A stretch of 64,000 nucleotides of DNA from NCBI GenBank assembly GCA_964016885.1, contig OZ024753.1:10912001-10976000 (forward strand). Direction: 5' to 3'. Shown piece after piece: positions 54,537 through 64,000 of this stretch; position 1 is the stretch's first letter; every line of letters begins with the position of its first letter. Under the pieces are notes generated by a model, which had not been told where the DNA came from, made no database searches, and worked only from the letters and a program-made list of their open reading frames with translations. This DNA is from Eledone cirrhosa. Its lineage: Eukaryota. Both the position numbers and the translations under genes were made by a program.

Positions 54537-54639
54537 ATCTGTCCCAGTGTATATATAAATTATATATATATCTGTCTTTGTGTGTATCTGTGTGTGTATA
54601 TATATATGTATATATATATGTATATATATATATATGACA

Positions 54640-54848
54640 GTCGATTGACTTTCGTCAAATCGGACCGAGGAAACAATGTTTCCATTGGTCTTTCCAATTG
54701 CTAATACTATCTATCGGTCGCAACTCCAGGTAGAAGGAGCAACGTGAAATAAAGTGTCTTGCCCAAAGACATAACGCATCGCCCGGTCCAGGAATCGAAC
54801 TCACAACCTCACGATTGAGAGTTCAATTCTCTTGCCACTCAGCCACGC
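54640..54848 (-). mobile_element. SINE family B
   Basis: Matches 22560-22773. Confidence 0.85.
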
Positions 54849-54908
54849 GTACGGGTCGTCAAGTCTGAAATTTGTAGAAATTTGTTTTTCTCTCACAAAT
54901 TTCATACG

Positions 54909-54950
<42 letters not shown>

Positions 54951-55340
54951 TAAAATTAGTCCTTCATCAGTGATCTTCCAACCATCATTGGTATTTCATC
55001 GCTTTAAAGACCATATACCTCCGGTTGGTGCGAGCAACGGCTAAAAAAAGTCGTTGGGACACGTAAATAAAGAGAACACGAGAGTGTAAACAAACAAAGA
55101 TGGTGAAGCAACGAAAAATGAGGAAGAAGGAGTCAAGTCCCAAATTTCCATGAATATAAGTTCGGTGAAATCGTGAACGAGAGAGAATAAAGACCATCAA
55201 ACCTGGTTGGAATGTGAGCAAGGAAGGAATTCCGTACAGGTCTAACGGGAGGAAGAAGGGATCTAGTCTGTGAATGCGGTGAACGTAAGTTCTGTGAAAT
55301 CGTAGACGAAAGAGAGAAACAAAATATATATATAGATATA

Positions 55341-55767
55341 TACGATATTAAATAAATGGAAACTATGTTTATAAAACCATATTTATTTCATTATATATAT
55401 TTCAGGGATATCATATTAAAAATATGGTATGCCTTCTTCAGACAAAATACAATATAAACAGTCTTATAAATAGATAGATTTGACATACCTTACAACTTCA
55501 ACTTCCATTCAATGGAAGTTGAAGTTGTAAGGTATGTCAAATCTATCTATTTATAAGACTGTTTATATTGTATTTTGTCTGAAGAAGGCATACCATATTT
55601 TTAATATGATATCCCTGAAATATATATAATGAAATAAATATGGTTTTATAAACATAGTTTCCATTTATTTAATATCGTAAATATATTCCAAATACTTGTT
55701 GAGGGCTTTTATATCAGTTATAAATATTTACTCGTTGTAACCCAACAATTTTAAATAAAACTTTGCA
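55341..55767. mobile_element. Palindromic PLE-like fragment; hammerheads (CUGAAGA core) at 55384-55449 (-) and 55571-55636 (+)
   Basis: ~170-bp arms around a single-base centre at 55511; ~88-nt tail on the right. Confidence 0.8.
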
Positions 55768-55934
55768 TATATAGATATATATATATATATAAATTGATGA
55801 GCAGAACAAACAAACATTAAATAATCCTTTAAATAAATTAAAAAATGATTTAAATATCTACCTGTTCATAATGCTATCACCAGACACCCTATATAACTCT
55901 ATGGGTACGTAGTACTCAGTGAGATATTTACCTC

Positions 55935-55976
<42 letters not shown>

Positions 55977-56914
55977 TCTCTTTAGAGTATCATATATATC
56001 TCACCTAGCTACTACATTATGTTAATTATATCTTGAAAATTGTATACAATTTTCGAAATCTTTCACTCCATAGATTACTAAACTCCTCCATATTTAAATA
56101 ACATGTTAATGTCGTCATGTTTTAGTAACGTTATTATATATATTGTTGTGAGTAAGATTTGACATACACACACGTACACAGACGCACAGAGACACACACA
56201 GATACACAGGCATACACATACTGACATACAACACAGGCATACAACAGAGACACACACACATACATACACAGACAGACACACACAGACATACAGATACAGA
56301 GTCACACACACAAACATGCACACACAGAGACACCCACATACAGACACACACATAGACACACACACACAGACGCACACAGTCACACACACAAACATGCACA
56401 CACAGAGACACCCACACACAGACACACACACACACAGACACAGACATACACAGAAATACAAACACGTACACATACATACACGCACACATAGACAGACACA
56501 AGATATCAGATAAAATGTAAAATTTTATACTGGTTTCGCTATATATTTATATATTATATATATTTTATTTTTTATTCGTACACACCCTTAAAAATACAAC
56601 AAAAACAACAAGAACAACAAACAACAACAAGAACAGCAAACACAACAACAACAACAACAGCAAACGCAACAGTAACAAGAACAGCAAACACAATAACAGC
56701 AGACAACATCAATTTTTGTTTATACAAACAGAAATTTATGAAAAACCGAGACAATAGCAGAATCTATAATTAAGTTAATCTTAATTTGAAGGATCAAAAA
56801 GAAACGTAATTTAAATTCTTTCATCTCATGAAAATTAATTAAATGAACTAATGATAAAATTGGAAATTTCTTTGAACTAGTAACTCTTGATATTTCAGTA
56901 CTAAATTAGTAAAT

Positions 56915-58700
56915 TGGTAGAACTGTGGTGAAATTGTGGAGTTTCGATACCTTCTGAGTTGATATTGGTGGAGCTATTGTGAAATGTGGTGTTATGTTAC
57001 CTGTTGAGTTCATATTGGTAGAACTATTGTGAAATGTGGTGTTATGTTACCTGTTGAGTTGATATTGGTAGAACTATTGTGAAATGTGGTGTTATGTTAC
57101 CTGCTGAGTTGATATTGGTGGAACTATTGTGAAATGTGGTGTTATGTTACCTGTTGAGTTCATATTGGTAGAACTATTGTGAAATGTGGTGTTATGTTAC
57201 CTGTTGAGTTCATATTGGTAGAACTATTGTGAAATGTGGTGTTATGTTACCTGTTGAGTTGATATTGGTAGAACTATTGTGAAATGTGGTGTTATGTTAC
57301 CTGTTGAGTTGATATTGGTAGAACTATTGTGAAATGTGGTGTTATGTTACCTGTTGAGTTGATATAGGTAGAACTATTGTGAAATGTGGTGTTATGTTAC
57401 CTGTTGAGTTCATATTGGTAGAACTATTGTGAAATGTGGTGTTATGTTACCTGTTGAGTTGATATTGGTAGAACTATTGGGAAATGTGGTGTTATGTTAC
57501 CTGTTGAGTTCATATTGGTAGAACTATTGTGAAATGTGGTGTTATGTTACCTGTTGAGTTGATATTGGTAGAACTATTGTGAAATGTGGTGTTATGTTAC
57601 CTGTTGAGTTGATATAGGTAGAACTATTGTGAAATGTGGTGTTATGTTACCTGTTGAGTTGATATTGGTGGAACTATTGTGAAATGTGGTGTTATGTTAC
57701 CTGTTGAGTTGATATTGGTAGAACTATTGTGAAATGTGGTGTTATGTTACCTGTTGAGTTGATATTGGTAGAACTATTGTGAAATGTGGTGTTATGTTAC
57801 CTGTTGAGTTGATATTGGTAGAACTATTGTGAAATGTGGTGTTATGTTACCTGTTGAGTTGATATTGGTAGAACTATTGTGAAATGTGGTGTTATGTTAC
57901 CTGTTGAGTTGATATTGGTAGAACTATTGTGAAATGTGGTGTTATGTTACCTGTTGAGTTGATATTGGTAGAACTATTGTGAAATGTGGTGTTATGTTAC
58001 CTGTTGAGTTGATATTGGTAGAACTATTGTGAAATGTGGTGTTATGTTACCTGTTGAGTTGATATTGGTAGAACTATTGTGAAATGTGGTGTTATGTTAC
58101 CTTCTGAGTTGATATTGGTAGAACTATTGTGAAATGTGGTGTTATGTTACCTTCTGAGTTGATATTGGTGGAGCTATTGTGAAATGTAATATTTAGTTAC
58201 CATCTTAGTTCAAATTGGTAGAACTATGGTCAAATGTGGTATTTGGTTGCCTTGGTTCACTTCTTAGTTCATATTGGTAGAACGTTAGTTGAAATATGAT
58301 ATCCAGTTACCTTAGTTTAAATTGGTCAAACTGGTTCAAACTGGTACAACTGTGGGGAAATGTGGTATTTAGTTACCTTCTTAGTTCAAATTGGTAGAAC
58401 CATGGTCAAAATGTGGCATTTGGTTTTCTTAGTTACATTCTTAGTTCAAATTGGTAGAACTATAGTCAAATGTGGTATTTGGTTTCCTTTGTTTAAATTG
58501 TCAAACTGTAATATTTAGTTACTTTCTTAGTTCAAATTGATAGAACTATGGTCAAAATGTTACCCTGGTTACCTTCTTAGTTCAGATTGGTAGAACGTTG
58601 GTCAAACTGTGATATTATTTAGCTTCTTAGTTCACATTGGTAGAAATATGTTGAAATGGGGTACTATGTTACCTTGGTTACCTTCTTAGTTCCAATTCTA
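56915..58700. repeat. 50-bp satellite (~25 homogeneous copies, 56950-58190) with diverged flanking copies
   Basis: Unit CTGTTGAGTTGATATTGGTAGAACTATTGTGAAATGTGGTGTTATGTTAC. Confidence 0.95.
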
Positions 58701-59603
58701 AGGAAGTTAATTTTTATTTTGTTGTGAATAAGGAAAGAAATTCAGTTTGGTAATGGTGTCTCTTATTTGACTTAAATTTCATGTAAAATAAGGTGTCTTA
58801 TGAGACACGGAGTAGAGTATCATATCTTTGTTAAGTAACACTAGTGTTACATCGTGATCAAATTGTGTAACATTGCAGTAGAGTAAATAACCGTATTCCA
58901 TAGGTCAAGAGCTACTGTTGATGTGTTAAAGGTTCTCGGTCGATCCCTAACAACCTATCTAACCTTTAGATTTCTATCTACATATAATAAATATTTATAC
59001 ATAACATTGTACAACAGAAAATCCACTTTAGGTTAAGTATATCTACAATTTATACTCCCCGCCGTAAAAACGAAAATAAATATGAAAAGCATTCTGTTAT
59101 TTTCTCCGTATACAGAAATCAAAAGAAATTGCTTGTTTGTTTTTCTTTTTGTATAGAAAGAGTTTATCAGATTATCGTTCAGAGCGAGGCTTACAAACTT
59201 AGATTATTCCAACATCAAATATATCTTATACATGCGAAAGGATGAGACACAAATCCGTAAAGCGTTCCAAAACTTTGATATAATATAGTGAGGTTTTATG
59301 GTTTCTATGAAGTCGTAAAGAATGAAGAAACAGCAATTAATTTCGGTGCCAGGTTTGGTCAGTTTAAATATGTTTTGAGAAATAGTGCTAATACTGGTGG
59401 GATTTACAGTGGGTCGTAAAGTATGAAATTTCCTATTTGACGACCCAATACATTTCGTTGTTATTTCGAGTGATTTTCACGTCAATCATGTCAACCAAAA
59501 GAGTCTTATTTTATTTGTGTGTTATTGTAATGTTTGCTAATGACACTCACTACCCATCAACACCCTCGTCTTCATTTGATTCGTCATTACAAAACATAGG
59601 AGT

Positions 59604-59900
59604 TACCATCTTTACCGCTAATCACACTCTTCCCTCACACCACAGACAATCTTGGTTATCTTTCTAACCATTGATGCTACCATCTTTACCGCAAATCACA
59701 CTCTTCCCTCACACCACAGACAATCTTGGTTATCTTTCTAACCATTGATGCTACCATCTTTACCGCAAATCACACTCTTCCCTCACACCACAGACAATCT
59801 TGGTTATCTTTCTAACCATTGATGCTACCATCTTTACCGCAAATCACTCTTCCCTCACACCACAGACAATCTTTGTTATCTTTCTAACCATTGATGCTAC
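59604..59900. repeat. 74-bp tandem repeat, 4 copies
   Basis: TACCATCTTTACCGC at 59604, 59678, 59752, 59826. Confidence 0.9.
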
Positions 59901-60957
59901 AACTAGTACGTGCTCAGCTATTACAACCACGTCCATTATCATAAAATCAATCATAGCAGATCTCGCGTTTTGTATTAAAAAAAAATTCACTGTGGCTCTT
60001 TGCAGTCGCATATCCAGTTTTGTATGTTACAAATGAAAGGATTAGTTTCCCCACCACATCTAGGAGAAATCACCAACACCACTTTCCTGGCCTTTTCAAC
60101 AATATATTTACCAGCATAACTTCCACTACCATAAAATATATTCTCGTCCTTCCTTAACCACAAGGCTATCCCGCTTCACCATAACCACCAGACAACAGCC
60201 TGTCTCAATCTCTGTTTACTCACGTAATCTCTGGCTTAAAACTTCATTAGGACTGCATATGGACAACATATTTCTGTCATTGCCTACCAACAACTCTTGC
60301 CACCACCACCACCACCACACAACCACCATCGTTACTACCACCACCACCACCACCACCACACAACCACCATCGTTACTACCACCATCACACAACCACCATC
60401 GTCACTACCACCACAACCACCATATTCACTACCACCCACCATCACTACCACCACACAACCACCATCATCACCACCACCACACAACCATTACCACGTACTT
60501 CAAAACCAGTTATCACAACCACAAAAAAAACCCTTCAAATCGACAGACACCACCACTACCACCACCATCACCACCACCACACAACCACCATCACACCATC
60601 GTCACCACCACCCCCATCACACCATCGTCACCAGCACCACCACCACCAACCACCACCACACAACCACCACGTACTTCATAACTAGTTATCATCACAACCA
60701 CAATAAAAACAAAACCTTCCAATCAACAAAGCCACAACCACTACTACCACCACTCTCACAGCCACCACCACCACGACCCCCCCTACTACCACCACCACCA
60801 CGACCCCCTCCCCCTCACCACCATCACCGCCGCCACAGCAACCATCATGATGCAGGAAACAGCTTCTGCTGTTTCTGTCAAGAGAGATTATGAAGAAATT
60901 GATTGGCGACCATAATTTGGACATAAAAAATAATCGCATTGAATTTAAGAAGTTGTA

Positions 60958-61121
60958 TACAAGCAGGCACATAAACGTGACATGGTGTGTGTGTTTGTAT
61001 ATATGTATATATATATATACGAGCAGGCACATAAACGTGACATGGTGTGTGTGTTTGTATATATGTATATATATATATATACGAGCAGGCACATAAACGT
61101 GACATGGTGTGTGTGTTTGTA

Positions 61122-61166
<45 letters not shown>

Positions 61167-61670
61167 GGTTAAGAGAGTGGGACTGGCTTTGTGCAGTGCC
61201 TTTGCTCACTATAAAAGCTTCACGGCACACGCATTGCTTTGTATCTGGAGATCTCTCTGCATTTGTCGTCACATGGTACCATGGGCCCAGCACTATGTGT
61301 CAATAATTGTCACAAGTGTAGTGTTTGTACCAGAGCTTTCAAGTCGCTGGCTGGACTAAAAAGTCACACTCGTTCAGCGCATCAGTAGGGGTTCTCCTAC
61401 ATGGATATAAAGTAGTGGCCGTACTCGAAAACGAGTTGGCAGCCACCATATATATACGAGCAGGCACATAAACGTGACATGGTGTGTGTGTTTGTATATA
61501 TGTATATATATATATATACGAGCAGGCACATAAACGTGACATGGTGTGTGTGTTTGTATATATGTATATATATATATACGAGCAGGCACATAAACGTGAC
61601 ATGGTGTGTGTGTTTGTATATATATATATATACGAGCAGGCACATAAACGGGAAGTGCTGTGTGTGTTTG
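60958..61670. repeat. ~60-bp ACGAGCAGGCACATAAACGTGACATGG minisatellite interrupted by an RTE-type fragment (61165-61449, +)
   Basis: Three units before and four after the insertion, which sits in a TA run. Confidence 0.85.
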
Positions 61671-61702
<32 letters not shown>

Positions 61703-61834
61703 TGTATGTAGATATGTGTGTTTATGTGCGTGTACATACATGCAAATATGTGTGTATATGTGTGAATGAGTGTCTGGATGTGTGTGTGTATTCGTGTTTA
61801 CATGTATGTGTGTATGTAAATATATATATATATA

Positions 61835-61913
<79 letters not shown>

Positions 61914-62019
61914 ACGTGTGCGTGGTGAAGTGCTGTGTGTGTTTGTATATATATATATGCACATGTATGTAGATGTGTGTGTTTATGTGCGTGTACATAC
62001 ATGCAAATATGTGTGAATA

Positions 62020-62321
62020 TGTGTGTTTATGTACGTACGTATATACGTATATGTGTGTATTTATGTACGTACCTATATACGTATGTGTGCGTTTATGTAC
62101 GTACGTATATATGTGTGTGTGTTTATGTACGTACGTATATACGTATATATATATATGTGTATTTATGTATGTACGTACGTATATACGTATATACGTGTGT
62201 ATGTGTGTGTTTATGTACGTACGTATATACGTATATATATATATATATATGTGTATTTACGTACGTACGTATATACGTATATACGTGTATATGTGTGTGT
62301 TTATGTACGTACGTATATACG

Positions 62322-62354
<33 letters not shown>

Positions 62355-62423
62355 ATTTATGTATGTACGTACGTATATACGTATATACGTGGGTATGTGT
62401 GTTTATGTACGTACGTATATACG

Positions 62424-62456
<33 letters not shown>

Positions 62457-63562
62457 ATTTATGTACGTACGTATATACGTATATACGTGTGTATGTGTGT
62501 GTTTATGTACGTACGTATATGCGTATATATATATATGTGTGTATTTATGTACGTACGTATATACGTGTGTATGTGTGTGTTTATGTACGTGCATAAATTT
62601 AGCCGGTGCTAAGCAAACAGTGATAAAACAGAGAATTATCCTTGATGTACATGACAGATTAAGACCGATTATTGGCTCAAATTGGTGCCAAGAGATTCCC
62701 TTGCTAAACTTACAAACCATAATTATTGGCTCTTTTCTTTGTTATTTTTTTATTTGTAGTTATTAGACTAAAGATGATTTTTGTAGGGAGAGTTTCGTTG
62801 TCATAGGCAATTGCATACATTAATTGTTTCTACTATTGGTACAAGGCCAGCAATTAACCAGTACATTACTGGTACTTTATTTTATCGACCCCGTAAGGAT
62901 GTGTGGTACACACACATATATATACGTATATATATATATGTGTGGTACACACACATATGTATACGTATATACGTACGTACATAAACACACACACATATAT
63001 ATGTGCGTACATAAACGCACACATATATACGTACGTACATAAATACACACATATATATATATACGTATATACGTACGTACATAAACACACACATGCACAC
63101 GTACGTACATAAACACACACACATATATACGTGCGTACATAAACGCACACATATATACGTATATACGTACGTACATAAATACACACATATATATATATAT
63201 ATATATACGTATATACGTACGTACATAAACACACACATACACACGTATATGCGTACGTACATAAACACACACACATATATACGTGCGTACATAAACGCAC
63301 ACATATATACGTATATACGTACGTACATAAATACACACATATATATATATATATGTATATACGTACGTACATAAACACACACACATATATACGTGCGTAC
63401 ATAAACGCACACATATATACGTATATACGTACGTACATAAATACACACACACATATATATATATACGTATATACGTACGTACATAAATACACAAACACAC
63501 ACACGTATATACGTACGTACATAAACGCACACACATATACGTATATACGTACGTACATAAAT

Positions 63563-63595
<33 letters not shown>

Positions 63596-63726
63596 CGTAC
63601 GTACATAAACACACACACATATACGTATATACGTACGTACATAAATACACATATATATATATATATATATATATACGTACGTACATAAACGCACACACAT
63701 ATACGTATATACGTACGTACATAAAT

Positions 63727-63757
<31 letters not shown>

Positions 63758-63808
63758 CGTACGTACATAAACGCACACACATATACGTATATACGTACGT
63801 ACATAAAT

Positions 63809-63844
<36 letters not shown>

Positions 63845-63866
63845 GTACGTACATAAACACACACAC
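62020..63866. repeat. TACGTACG/TA/TG compound arrays in opposite orientations (62020-62590 and 62900-63866)
   Basis: TTTATGTACGTACG units on the left, CGTACGTACATAAA units on the right. Confidence 0.9.
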
Positions 63867-64000
63867 GGCGGGATTTGAACTCAGAATGGCAAGGGCCGTA
63901 ACTCTTGCATACATTAATATTTGTAGACAATTATAATGGTTTCTCATATAGGCACAAGGCCAGAAATTTGGTGAGAGAAGGGGGGGGGTCGATTAAATCG

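Noticed and set aside
54955-55005. Type II hammerhead or SECIS reading of GAAA..CTGATGA
   Set aside because: No stem I or NUH geometry for a hammerhead; helix too short for a SECIS
56950-58190. CRISPR-like regular array
   Set aside because: Units are contiguous with no unique spacers; the arrays at 5641 and 44430 vary only in microsatellite length; eukaryotic context and no cas genes

Overview
AT-rich, repeat-saturated eukaryotic (metazoan) DNA. The SINE families and extreme microsatellite load suggest a cephalopod such as Octopus (inference, not checked). Almost all ORFs in the supplied track are read-through of simple repeats. The only plausible host coding sequence is a minus-strand first exon encoding a signal peptide (4762-4847). 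The main hidden structure is about 25 type I hammerhead ribozyme (HHR) motifs from roughly 8-9 sequence families, which I read by eye on both strands. They lie in short elements inserted in (TA)n tracts, most often as fold-back palindromes with a fixed short-arm end and a motif-bearing tail, the architecture expected of Penelope-like element (PLE) termini. One locus (39511-40530) is a 310-bp tandem HHR repeat with an inverted 5' copy, i.e. a retrozyme predicted to yield 310-nt monomer or circular RNAs. Also present: two tRNA-derived SINE families (one often in tandem), an internally deleted RTE-type element with a C2H2 finger, several MITEs, Helitron-like ends, and many mini- and microsatellites.
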